DNA from: Antedon mediterranea
Taxonomy: Eukaryota; Animalia; Echinodermata
DNA: 64,000 bases
Reading direction: 5' to 3'
Assembly (NCBI RefSeq): GCF_964355755.1
Contig: NC_092678.1
Span: forward strand, 9,006,422 to 9,070,421
The stretch's first letter is position 1. The number at the start of each line of letters is the position of its first letter. Both the position numbers and the translations under genes were made by a program. This document shows, piece by piece, positions 12,559 through 24,743 of this stretch. The notes below the pieces were generated by a model. That model was not told the origin of the DNA. It did not search any database and saw nothing but the letters and a program-made list of their open reading frames with translations.

Positions 12559-13173
12559 GTATGAACTATTATTAGGCCTACTGTGACGTGTGTTTATGTC
12601 ATGTTATTTTGTTATGTATTTATAGGTTTTAAATCAAAGATGAAATAATTAAAAGTAAGTTTAAAGGGGTGTATCATCCATTTAAATGTATTTTAATCAA
12701 TAATATTGGTGTTAACACTCTGGCAGAGGAAATGCTGTTTTGTAGGCTACGTGTATTTATTTTTCATAATAAGCCTATAGTGTAGTAGCCTACGTAAGCA
12801 ACCATTCCGAAAACAACAATAAGAGAATTAGGTCTAGGACTATATAATTTCTTCATTTTCAATGTATAGGGTCTAGTGCTAAGGAAACCCTTAAAATGAA
12901 GCATCCTCATTTGGAAAATGTTATGATAGCAGCTTCTTTTCTGAATCCTGTAGTATTTTTCTGATCATGAGTTCATAAGGAAGAGGCTATAGTAAAACCA
13001 ACCTCATAATTTGTACAACCCCTAAAGGAATTTTATCAAGTTTAAGGGGGTGGTGCAAATAGCAATGATAAAACGTTTTGTTAGACTGTACAGTTATCTT
13101 TACGCTGTTATTGTTAAATATCGTTTCTTATTGTTGAATATTTCCAGGTACCTCATATTCACAGACCTTCGAC

Positions 13174-15045
13174 ATGCCGCGTCCAATACCAACCACCTCC
13201 AGTTCTGATTCTGAAATCAATTCTGATTCATCAGTAACCAATGAAGTCGATTTGGTAATAGGGGATTTGTATTCATCAGATGTTATTCAAAATCAAGAAA
13301 GGCCTAGATTGCTGTCGTTTAACAATATATTCAAGGATCTTGAACTACGATGCGTATGCCGTACAGAAAGGTGTCGCTACAGTTGGTCTCAACGTGTGTC
13401 AAAAAGACCTATATATGCCTACCAAGCTCAAGATATAGAATGTAGCTCCATCGTAAACTTAAAACCACAAAGAAAGAACACGAAACAAAGTAACAACAAA
13501 CCAAACGCAATACTGTCTAAACTACGAAACATTGCATCATATGCCACCAATAAAAATAATGAAAAACCGGACGACAAAAAGAATAAACACGACGCTAACA
13601 AACCTGATAATGTTTTGGACAACGAAAATTTGACAGATACCGAATCAGATAGTGGATCTACCAGTGCCACTTGTGATCTTACTATTCCATTCCAATCATA
13701 TATCGACAGTTTGAAATATGCAAATGAGGAAACGTCTTCGATAAGCTCATCTGATTCTAAAATGATTTCAACAGATTATTATTCAGACGAAGAATTCAGA
13801 CGAATTGCAGAGGCCGGGCGATTAGCCACCATAAATGAACTGAAATTGGTGGAAATTATTACACCATCTCCGGTGGTCCGTTTACTTTGGATGGATACAA
13901 GCTTGCCATTACCATGCACAAACACTACGACAGAAATAGTTCCTAATACTCAAAGTGGGCCTTTTCAATCAAGTAACACACCTAAAGCAGTTGTTGAAAG
14001 TACCATAGAAGAGAAATTACCAAACGTCAAACGCAAAAAGTGGACAAAAAAATTAAAGATCAGCAAACCGAAGTTTTTGAAAACTATTAAAAACAAAAGC
14101 ATAGTGTTGGAATCCACCGGTGCGGAATCTGGAAAGTCAAGCAGCATGTTGCAAAAGAGTAAAAATACGTATAGAAATAAAAGCAGTACCAACACATCTG
14201 GTGCTCCTTCACAGCCCACAGTAAACACAGACACCATACCGTCTAAAGTCTCCTTCAAAAATAAAAATGCCCATGTCACTGAACAAAATGAAATTCGCCA
14301 AGTACCCCTACCTTCATCGATTGATCACAGTGACGAAAAGCAAAATGGTACAAATTATTCAGATAACAAAGAATTATGTATGACTGGAGCAAGCAATATT
14401 CATAACTTTCTTGTCCATAATACAACTCATTCTCGATTGCGCGAAGATATTTCGTCCAGTGATGATTCAGATTCTACTGTATCTGAGGTAGACGAAGATG
14501 AAGTACGCAGTATAGCACATGATCTCCAAAGTCTTCAGATCGTCACCAACATCGACAATCCTATACGCTTAATTGGTTTTGGAAAATTAGAAACAAATTC
14601 AGTTGCAAATCAACAATTTTATTTACCGTCAAATCGTTCAGATCGTTTTCACAATAAAAAATTGACCTTAAGTAATATTCACACACCATTGAATGAGTTT
14701 GAACCAAATAAATGTCCCGATCTGATGTCTGGTGACAATAGTGACGTAAATACCAGTGATTCTGAGGATGAAACTGAGGATGGTTGGCGGGCTGTCTATG
14801 ATTTCACGAAGCCTATATATAGAAACTTTACGCAAGACTGGTCAAGTGATATGATCTCAACTGATCAGGACACTTCAAGTAATTCTGATATGTTCAGTTC
14901 AGATGACGATAATTTAGATTTAAATTATAGCTACAATGTTCTGCAACTTAAAAAGACAGAAGGATTTACTAAATCTGAGAAACTTCGAGAGTCAGTACCA
15001 ATTAAGCTGATTGGATTTAATTCGGCTAACACTACTTTCATTTAA
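13174..15045 (+). CDS. Uncharacterised 623-aa Ser/Asp/Thr/Asn/Lys-rich, probably intrinsically disordered protein (single coding exon)
   Basis: 1872-nt open frame in AT-rich DNA, GACATGC start, upstream splice acceptor, repeated internal motif and a basic NLS-like KRKKWTKKLK. No recognisable domain. Confidence 0.8.
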   Translation: MPRPIPTTSSSDSEINSDSSVTNEVDLVIGDLYSSDVIQNQERPRLLSFNNIFKDLELRCVCRTERCRYSWSQRVSKRPIYAYQAQDIECSSIVNLKPQRKNTKQSNNKPNAILSKLRNIASYATNKNNEKPDDKKNKHDANKPDNVLDNENLTDTESDSGSTSATCDLTIPFQSYIDSLKYANEETSSISSSDSKMISTDYYSDEEFRRIAEAGRLATINELKLVEIITPSPVVRLLWMDTSLPLPCTNTTTEIVPNTQSGPFQSSNTPKAVVESTIEEKLPNVKRKKWTKKLKISKPKFLKTIKNKSIVLESTGAESGKSSSMLQKSKNTYRNKSSTNTSGAPSQPTVNTDTIPSKVSFKNKNAHVTEQNEIRQVPLPSSIDHSDEKQNGTNYSDNKELCMTGASNIHNFLVHNTTHSRLREDISSSDDSDSTVSEVDEDEVRSIAHDLQSLQIVTNIDNPIRLIGFGKLETNSVANQQFYLPSNRSDRFHNKKLTLSNIHTPLNEFEPNKCPDLMSGDNSDVNTSDSEDETEDGWRAVYDFTKPIYRNFTQDWSSDMISTDQDTSSNSDMFSSDDDNLDLNYSYNVLQLKKTEGFTKSEKLRESVPIKLIGFNSANTTFI

Positions 15046-15427
15046 ACTGAGAAGGTATAGCTCTCTGCATTTACATTTAAAAGCGGGTCGAGTAGGAGGT
15101 TTATCGAGAGTAGGAGGTTTATCGAGAATAGTAGATATAGGCTTTATACATACACATGTGGATGATGCATGCGCGCAAACACAGACATACGCGTGTCAAT
15201 GAAACTGTTGTGTTTTTTTTTCATTACAAAGATTGAGAAAGTCAAAGGCAGACTTCCAGTAATGACAAACAAACAAAAGTCCTTTAATATGGTTTCATAA
15301 GTCGTGTATCCATTCCTGTGTAGACTGAATTAAAATAACATATACTGAGAGGGGTGAACAAGTGGTGATCGGAGTCCAATAATATACCATGGATGAAATC
15401 TATTTTATTTCCTCATTGATTGTATAC

Positions 15428-15736
15428 ATTATAGTTCATTCTTATATAGCGCATATTATAAGCAGGCTCTTAATGCGCTCAACATTATTACTCAGTCATT
15501 TTTGGATCAAACACGTATGGAAACATTATACTTCCATAATGCAGCTAGTAATCAGCGCAAAGTTGTGTCTTGATCTAATTCTAACCGGGTACCCATTTAT
15601 ACACCTGGGTAGAGAGAGGCAAACGTAAGTAAAGTATCTTGCATACGGTTACAAGTAATGCGGCGAGAGTTGGATTCGAACCTATGTCTCACGACCAGTA
15701 GTCCAACTTCCAACACACTGCGCCACACGCCCTCAC
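15428..15736 (-). mobile_element. tRNA-derived CORE-type SINE with L2-like tail
   Basis: Minus strand has A box TGGCGCAGTG, B box GGTTCGAATCC, a CORE-like GCAAGATACTTTAC...CTCTCTCTACCCAGGTGTATAAATGGGTACC segment and tail GAGCGCATTAAGAG...GCGCTATATAAGAAT. Confidence 0.75.
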
Positions 15737-15767
15737 AATTTATACTGTAAATCATAATATTAGCTAA

Positions 15768-15833
15768 TTAATAATAATAATAATAATAATACTAATAACA
15801 CGAATAATACTAATAATAATAATAATAATAATA
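15768..15833. repeat. (AAT)n microsatellite, interrupted
   Basis: Runs of TAATAATAA read directly. Confidence 0.9.
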
Positions 15834-16861
15834 TTTATTCGTCAAAAGTTCATAAAAGTACATTTCACAATTCATCTTGCCAGGAGCAAGTAATAGGCAT
15901 GAGCCCAAACAGAAAACTGCTCTTACTCCATCATTACTTATAAAATACAAAAATAACAAAACTAAGTAGCACAAATTAAGTAAAAACAAAACAAAGTTAT
16001 ATAATGAGATACACCAATTAAAAATAGCTGCATTGAATAAACAATATAAACAATTACAACTTAATATTTACACATAATATTACATAAGAATTAAACATTA
16101 TATGTATATTTCTGTTTGATATTATTAAGTTAAACTTTGAGTAGTAGACAACAGTTTAACCTAAAATAATTGCGTAAAGTGTTTATACATACTAGTCGAC
16201 TTGGTGTAAACATGGAGGAGTTTCATCCATGGTGTATGTAAAGAGCCACAAAAAAAGTCTTGACAAATCTGACAAATTAGCTAAAATTGCAAATAAGGCC
16301 TCTGTGTCAAGATGTTTTTATAATAATAATTAAATATGCATGACGTTTGAATACAAACAGTTGACATTTTTAGAATACTCTTTTCATTAAGAAGGAATGA
16401 ACAGAAGAGAAAGACAGTGTCAAATTTAGGATTAAATGAAAGAGAAGTACTGCACTGTGTTATTTTATTGTGCCATTATGTTTTATACATTTATATGCCG
16501 ACTATTATTATACTAGTAATTAATAATTGAAAATAATATTATTTCTAATACTGTACATATCGTTTTTACTTAATAAAATATATTTCAAGTAAAGTACAAA
16601 CTTAAAGGACTGACGGTGTTATTATTCTACTGAACTATAAAGTTAAATATCTTTCGGTACTGATATTAAGAGACCCAGGGCGTTTATTTTTTCCTTCGAA
16701 TAAACGCCCCCGCCACATGCATAAAGTATTGTAACATTTTGTATGAGGCTAGAATTCATTGACTGGCGTGATCTACAATTTACCAAGGATTGTATTTTTA
16801 CAGTGACCGTTTTAACCGTACCCGTACATTTTTTTTCAAAATGAATATTATTTCCAAAACT

Positions 16862-17215
16862 GCTAAGGTCCCCGGAAATTGCACTTATAAATTGATATAT
16901 GAAACAAAATTATAAGTTTAGAATCAGCCCATAATGGTTGGGACGGAGCTAAGACAATTTGGAAAAATAGAGTTGCTAGGACTCCGGAAATTCGATTATA
17001 CTTTGATATATGAAACAAAATATATAAATCTCCAGAACCAACCCACCACGGTTTGGGCTGAGCCAAGACATTTTTGAAAAATAGAGCTGTTAATAATAGG
17101 TCCCCCGGAAAATGCCCTTATTATACTTCGAAATGTGAAATGTATCAGTACTGTATCAAGGACCAGCTCTATGGTTGGGGCTGAGCTAAGACAATTTTGA
17201 AAATTAGAGTTGCAG
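16862..17215. repeat. Three diverged ~115-120-bp tandem units
   Basis: Recurring (G)TCCCCGGAAA...GGTTGGG..G(A)GCTAAGACAATTT.GAAAAATAGAGTTG at ~16862, ~16977 and ~17096. Confidence 0.7.
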
Positions 17216-17739
17216 GTCTTCATAAATTGCTTTGAAAATGTCAGGCCCAGAGGTCTAAAAAGGTTGACCTTTTAAGGGACAATTAATAATAATTTAATTA
17301 AACTTTTATTTAATTTAAAACTTTCAGGAAATATTACAAAAGAGGTAGAGAGAAAGACATTTTAATAAAAAAAAAATGTGTTCGACGTGCGTTCTTTGAT
17401 TGTCTGCTGATTTTATTTAAAAACCGTAGAAATAATATAAGTACATAAGTAGGCCTACTTACTGTATCTATGGTTTTACGAGTATTAGATATCTATGCTA
17501 AATGCTGATTTATCTTTGGCGCCCTCTATCAATTATACTTGCATAATTGTGATAATCATTTAACAATTGGTTTTAGTTTTTATAGAAAAAAATGTTCATT
17601 GAAATATAATATTTTATTTTTCATAATTCTGTATACTGTTTAAAATGTTTTTTTTATAACTATTTAAAAAAAATACAATAATTAAAACATTTCTTTGAAA
17701 TTTGTAAAATAACATAATGTTAGAGGACCCAACAAACGT

Positions 17740-18160
17740 CGCAGGGGGTAATTGTTTAGCCAATCATATGAAAGTAAAGGCGTTCGTTTTCGTTATAGTA
17801 AAACATCCAATCACATTGCAGCGACACATAAGGGTTTGGAGAAGAAGGTCACGAACCCTGACCCGTTTGCTGTATTTTTCGAAAAAGTATTTGTTCATAT
17901 TTCTGCCGAAATTTAAAGGTAAAACGTTATATTTTAAATTTTCAATGCTAATGTTACTTAGTTAGATGTTTGATATTTACTGGTATTAAGTATCCATGTT
18001 CTTTGAATTGTTAAAATTGCCAAATATTTACTTTCAAATGTACGTAATTGCGAGTGATCGTAAACTGTGTTCAAAGAACATGCTTTTGGCGGTGTCTTGT
18101 TGCACGCCATTTTCCAACAATACTCCGTCACACCCACAATATATGTTGGATTTGCAGAGG
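17740..18160 (+). promoter_or_regulatory. Putative NR2C promoter with one or two alternative non-coding first exons
   Basis: Locally CpG-richer. CCAAT boxes at 17760 and 17807, YY1-like CGCCATTTT near 18105, and donors AAG|GTAAAA (after 17918) and GAG|GTAAAT (after 18159). The first coding exon has an upstream acceptor, so a 5' exon must exist. Confidence 0.5.
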
Positions 18161-18789
18161 TAAATGTGCATTTTAACTTTCACTTTTTACCCTAAAAATT
18201 CGAAAAATGGGTACAACAATCATGTTAGACACCATATTTTGTTATGTTTTGGTTTGGTTTACAATCATGTCCTATTAACTTTGACCTTTGTGCGGGTAGG
18301 CAAGGTAAGGTTTTTGTGAAAAATGACCCCGCGTATGTCCGTTTGGTTCGACGTTGTTTTGATATCTAAAATAATGGTGATTTGTTGTTTCAATAATAGG
18401 AATATTTTGGTTGAATTGCACGCGTTTTTATACTTATTTTGTGTTTAATAATAGTCTATATTACACTTTACAGCCGTTGGTATTTCGTGTGAATAATCGG
18501 TTAATAATAATAATATATAACACTAACACCAGGCTAGCTGGCCTGGCTGGGTAGCCCTACTACTACTACTACTAGCCTAGGCTACTACTAGGCCTAGGCC
18601 TAGCCTTACAGTTCAGTAGACCAAAGCCTATACTATGTATATAGGCTTAGGAGTTTAGTTAGTAGGCTAGACCGTAGCTATTAAGTATTAGGCCTAGTAA
18701 TAAGCTAAAAATAAAAGCAATACTTTATTGTGTTAAAATTTTACGAAAATAAAAGATGCTAAAGAAAAATTATGCTGTGTAAATTTTAA

Positions 18790-19135
18790 AGATGTATATT
18801 GATTGTCCCCCTGAAAAAATAATTCTTACAAAAATTTTTTGTTGAATATTCCATTTTAAAAATGTAACATATTTAGTTATTCACTTTGACCCAAAATTGG
18901 ATCAAAAGAAAATTTATTTGCCTGAAAAAAATGTAATTTAGAGCAAAAAATGGTCAAATTGGCTGCCAGCCAATGGATTTTTGGTTGAATTTAACTACTT
19001 ATTTTGCCATTTTATAAGTGAAAACATGATTTTTTTGGGGGGTTTTTTTCTATGGAAGTGATTACCTAGAAAATAACATTCAAAGTCTGATTTAATTAAT
19101 CTTCATTGTTCATGCTTTTAGGGGACAATACATCT
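18790..19135. mobile_element. MITE with TTAA target duplication (Kolobok-like)
   Basis: TTAA|AGATGTA...TTGTCCCC at the left end and GGGGACAATACATCT|TTAA at the right end; AG...CT termini. Confidence 0.7.
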
Positions 19136-20251
19136 TTAATCTAGTAGGATGTGCATCAGAAAGTGACAACATGTATTGTATGTACTGTACATGTCAAATA
19201 CGAGGGCAAGACGTAGATGAGAGGGACATGTAGGTTGAACTCTATCAATCAGTCGGCAGTTTAAAACAATTTATGGATAAAATATGAATTTTTTATTTTA
19301 GAATAAAATGTGGAAGTATTGGAATAATAAAACTACAGCTGCTTACAGACTTAAAATCAACGCAAAAAATACACACATTTTGGTGGTAACTAGTTAAAAT
19401 TAGATGATGTGGGCGAACAAGTTAACGAAACTATATTTTGGGTGTATTTTTAATGTACAGTATTTTATATTTTGTTTGTTAATTAGATCAAATAAAAAAA
19501 ACGCAGCCTAAATCATACAAACGACCACACACATTTTCCATTATATCTGTCTGTGTATTTTTATTAATTTACATTTTTTTAAATTTCAAATGGTACCATA
19601 GGCCAAAGTTTTGCAAACAACGGGCAAGCGTTTTTGAAGGGCTTCTTGAAATTATTTTTCTAGTGTCGTAAAGTACCTTCAGCAATACCGTATGCAAATT
19701 TACAAAAAGGAAACCGTGTCAGAATGGTGTTTGATGTTACAGTAGTACTGGTTATGAGTTATGTTGCTATTGGTTGGATTGGTGGATATACTGTACTGTA
19801 CAGTAGTTAGAGTATGTGGTTTGATCTTGCTGAAAATGTTTGTAAACCACATGGAAGAATTACTGGTGGTATGCAATTTAACAATTGTACACAGTAAATG
19901 GATAAGAAAAAAAAAATACTCTGTTCATCATAAAAGTTGCACAATAAAAGAATCAAAGTGAAAAATTTCTACTGAAATAGTTTATTTGTTTTATTTACAG
20001 TAGTATGTATCCAATGTAAAAATTCAAGTATTATTTTTCTTTCAGTTACACTACAGTAATTCAAAAGGAAAAATCTGATTATCCGTTCTAAAGTTATGGT
20101 TGTTGCAATGGCCAAAAAAAAATGTTTTTTGTTGAAAAATTGCGTTTTTTGCAGGTTATATTTGGAAATATTTTTTAAGAATTATAAAAATAATAATAAT
20201 TACTTTCAAATTCTGATTTTTGCCAAACCCACAGAGGTGTTTGCACTATGA

Positions 20252-20368
20252 TCATACGGCCATATTGCGGTGAAACACCGGTTCTCGTCATATCACCGAA
20301 GTTAAGCAACGTTGGGCCCGTTTGCGTTCTGGGGAGACCGTCTAGAAATAGCGGCGGGTGCTGTATAT
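20252..20368 (+). pseudogene. Decayed 5S rRNA copy (pseudogene or SINE3 head)
   Basis: TACGGCCATA...GAAACACCGGTTCTCGTC..ATCACCGAAGTTAAGCAACGTTGGGCCCG...GACCGTCTAGAAATA...GGGTGCTGTA matches the metazoan 5S pattern. The box C region is mutated or deleted, and there is only a single copy. Confidence 0.8.
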
Positions 20369-21034
20369 TACACCATGTACAGTCTAGTTATTTCTGAAAT
20401 ATAATAATATATAAAATATTTTTAATAACTGTTAATATATAAATTGTGTAAAAAGTTTGTTTTGCTGTTGGTAGTACTCTACTACTGTAGCTAGACTACT
20501 GTACCTATTGAAAACAACAGGCTTAAGAAAGGACATACAGTATGCAAAACATCATTAGCCATGGACTGATGGGATAACGGTGTAACCTCCAAAAGTTAAT
20601 ACAGAATCCTTTTTATTCCCCTGTAGTCTCGGTATATAATTCTCCCCACAAAATAATTGATTGAGTGTTTTGATCATGTTTTGAAAAAGGGTAGTAGTTT
20701 TTCAAAAGTTATTTTTGTGCGCATGTCTTGCGCGAACATCTTACACTACACTAGCTACTGTATAGGCCTAGCTTAACGTTGTGGCATACAGTAGCTGAAA
20801 TAATTGTCTTTCCTTTATGGCAGAATCCGTTAAAACAAATTGAGCAAGACATTGAATTTTAGCTGATAAAAGTTCTGGTTCTTTTATTTGTTTACCCTTT
20901 CACGCGATCAATCAAAGTGGGTGCATCACATCACAATATGAAAATATTATGCGCAATTCATGTTGGGATTTTTTGCAGACCACTAAAATTATTAGAATCT
21001 ACTAGCCCCCTTCCCTACGTTTTTTAGATCTAAT

Positions 21035-21705
21035 TTAAGATCACAAACTATATTTAATGTAAAAATAATACTATATGGTCCTATTGCGATAACTTTTTTC
21101 GTCTTTAAACGGTTAAAAATGTGAAAAATAAGTCTATTTTAATAATTATAGCGGCCCGCTATAAATCCCAAAATGCATTGCGCGCGGATTGATATTTTTG
21201 TTTTTCACCTGTAATTCGCCCACTTTTCGATCGATCGTGAGGCCAAAACAAATGGAAGACTCCTAACTTTTCAGCGAAAATACCGGGTTTTCCCCAATTT
21301 GTATCAACGGAGTCTGGCAAAAATAGAAAGACAATTAATGCAGCAACTATACAACGTCAGGCTAGGTATATAGCTAGCGTACGATGTTTGTACGTTACCG
21401 ATGTTTACCAGCTAGGCCTACAGTAGACAGGCTAGGCCTAAGACCGTCCACGAGAGGTCGATCGCCGCGAGCTACTTACAGTAGGTAGTGCATTGTTTCT
21501 CACTTTTTATCATAATTTACCATAAAACGTATTTAAGACAAGGAATGACATGGTTTAATGTTTTTAAAGTGATATATGTATTATTTTCCAAAAAACGTCC
21601 AAAATTGCAGGGAAGGGGTCTTTAACTGTTTGAAATAGAAAAAAATTATCGCAATATATAGGTTTTTTGCATCATTATTTTTTACATTGATCGTTTTAAT
21701 AAGAT
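21035..21705. mobile_element. Old TIR MITE; related inverted fragments at ~20735-21000 and 33415-33562
   Basis: ATGTAAAAATAAT...ATTGCGATAACTTTTTTC vs GAAAAAAATTATCGCAAT...ATTATTTTTTACAT. 33415-33562 is the reverse complement of 21037-21185. Confidence 0.55.
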
Positions 21706-21947
21706 TTTGTTTATATTTTAAAAGAATCAAAATTACTTTATGTACTGTACAATACATTAAAAATGTTTACATTTGCTGTAGAAGAATTAATTTTGTGTAA
21801 ACAGTACTTGTTAAAGTTAGACAATTCCTACTGTAGGGCAAGTCATGATGGATACTGTAGATGCTTGAATTACAATGAGGCCCACATACTGTACTGTAAC
21901 CGCACCACACCTATAAAAATATTGATAATCCTAATGTTCTTTAATTA

Positions 21948-22614
21948 AGGGTATGTTCAGACTCACGGAGTTGCGGTGGAGTTATGTAAGCGGCGTACAT
22001 ATTTTTGTGTCTGAACCCTGCCGCGGATTAGCGTTAGGGAGCTGTTACTCCGCGCCAGTGGCGTTAATAACTCTAGCGGGAGAGGGTAGATTTCATAATG
22101 CTAATCCAGTGATGCATCAGTGATTTTAACCTTAACCAATGAAAATACACGACCACGATTAGCAGACAGCAACTACTGTACATACCCGTACCCTATGATA
22201 CGACAGCGAAATAGCTATGTCAAATGTATTTTCAGGTTCAGATTTTAAAGAACAGTAAAGTTGGCGTCAGTGATATGATGTTCATAAATTAAATCAATTA
22301 ATCAGATAATTGTCTGTGTAACAATTACGTTTTAAATTATTTTGAATTAAAATGCAATTCTACAAGTAGTAAGAAAAAATCAGTATATTTGAAGGTAAAC
22401 ATTATATAAATAAAAAAACAAAAAAACAATGTAATTGTCATGAATGTACTGTATACATATAGTTCTATCTGCTTTGACCTGATCAGAGTGTTTTAAACGC
22501 AAGGCATTGGAATGTTGGTTGTTGTGTCTGAACACCTTAGCTTTTAACGCCACGGATTACCGTACGCCTTGCGTAGCTAACTCCACCGTAACTCCGTGAG
22601 TCTGAACATACCCT
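21948..22614. mobile_element. PIF/Harbinger-like MITE
   Basis: Near-perfect ~35-bp TIRs AGGGTATGTTCAGACTCACGGAGTTGCGGTGGAGTTA / TAACTCCACCGTAACTCCGTGAGTCTGAACATACCCT, with T/A-rich 3-bp flanks. Confidence 0.8.
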
Positions 22615-24743
22615 ATTAGTATTAATGATCTTTCTAAAGGTATTCCAGAGTTTAAAGGAATGCATTATTTAAAAGATACTCGGTTGCATGCACTACAGTA
22701 ATGTATTTTAAAATAAACTTTACAGTATATAATTGTATTCTGTATGATTTTTTTATATAATGATTTACAAATTTAATAATAATATTGACAAGATCATATT
22801 TTTAAATTGATGATGTTACAAATTTAACATTTATTGTACAGTTGGACCTCAGACAACAAGCATTGTTCATTTGTTTTATATTGCTTTGTCTGAGCATTTA
22901 ATACTTAAATTGTTCTATGAAATCTATCAGTAATTTTGTTATGCATACAAATTATCTCTGGCATCAATCTACATCTTTTTTATGCACTCATGACATGCAG
23001 TAATGTAGGACAAGGTTCATGGGGTCAAAGGGTCAAAACTTGATGTTATTCAGCTGACGCCATTTCTCCAAGGCATCCAATTAGAAGCTTTCATTGCTCT
23101 GCTTGCATTAGACTGTCTGATTGGCTATGAGCCATGTATCTACAAATAAGATTCTATGCAACATTTTATATTCATATTGTAATTATAATATTTTATAATA
23201 TATTTTCATCAGTATGTTTTGACAGTTACAGTATATATTCCTTCAAATTAGTAATTTAAAAAAAAAATATTGAGTGTCAGTATTTTCAGGATTCACTTTT
23301 ATTAATAGGGTTTTCTTTTATTTATTATTATTTACCATTAATTACTGTCAGTATGAATAATTTTTTTTAATAATATATTATTTTTTAACATTACAGTTTT
23401 ATGCTTCCTGTACAACAATTATTTGATCATTTAAATTTAAAACAAGAGATATTTACTATAAAACAATATTATTATATTATGGCACTTGGTAATTAAACTG
23501 TATACAGTATTGTACATGATATTGTTCATTACAATGTACTGTATATACTGGAAATATTAAGGTAATTACTTTAAATGTTGTTAATGTTAGTCTGTAATCT
23601 AGTCAAGCATCGATGCGTTCATGTACACCTACAGTATTATGCTAGCTTCTTGACATAAATTATGCAGCAGCAGTAGTCAAATTCTATTTGTTAATTTTAT
23701 TTTTCTTGCATGAAATGTATACAGTACAAGATGGCAATAAATAATTTACTGATGTTGTATTGAAGAATTTGGCATAAACAGTATTGCTGTTTCTATTTCC
23801 AATTTATTTACAAAACACATATAAAATACATATAATATTGGAAAATATATAAATTATGATTTATTGATTTAACAAAAAAAAATGTGTTGCTTTGATTTTG
23901 TAATGTAATTTGATGAAATATCAAATTACTAATACTATGCTTTACATAATGTTTAAATCTTCTCTACCACCACCTACTGAACTACAGTGCTACCAGGCAA
24001 CAGTATTTCTACTGTTTTTTTTTTTAACCAGTGAGTTTTTTAAGAACCCCTATTTAAATTGAAAATCTACATTTTACATTGATTTCTTGATTTAAAAAAA
24101 AAATCATGTCAAGTTTGACATTATTGTTGGTTAAATATGAAGAAAGTCCGCGATATAAAAAATGTCCAATTACAATACAAGGTTAGTAATACTGTAAATA
24201 TTTGGGGAGAAGAAAGATGAGGGGAGGCTGGCTGCGAGTTGGAAGAAAGATTAAGAATATTGTAAAGCGTGTGAAAGATACTGTTCAACTTGACAGTATC
24301 GGAGGACCACAATAATATTTCAGGTTTACCTGCCCCTTCTATGACGAACTGGGGATTGTGCTATGCGGAAAAAAGTAAACATGACCTTGATCCAATCGCA
24401 CTTCCGCCTGCATTGTGGTTAATGTGTCATTCATAACGAATGCACATTTATACTGTAAACAACTGCCAAAACCGGTCTCGAAGAAAACCGTGTTTTTGTT
24501 TTTTTTTCAAAAGAAACAGGCCCTGTTATTTATTATGAGATCATTGATTTAAGTACTGTATGTTGCTCAGGTTATTACAGTACCAAGCTTACAATGTACA
24601 GTTCAGTAGACTACAGTACAGTACGTTATAATCTACAAAGCAAGCTCGTACTATACACTGTTAAAAATCTACAGTAGTGAACTTAAAAATTACTATAATA
24701 ATATTATTTTTCACCAGGTGTGTCCACATAGTCTTCTGACCAG

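Noticed and set aside
13428-14279. Antisense ORFs within the 623-aa gene; likewise 24711-24929, 37010-37324 and 40146-40379 within NR2C exons
   Set aside because: Shadow ORFs expected opposite real coding sequence.
18530-18700. CTAGGCCTAG/TAGCTAG-rich tracts (also near 21410, 28420, 41680, 50860 and 52850-53070)
   Set aside because: Low-complexity palindromic simple repeats spread through the window; no specific function can be supported.
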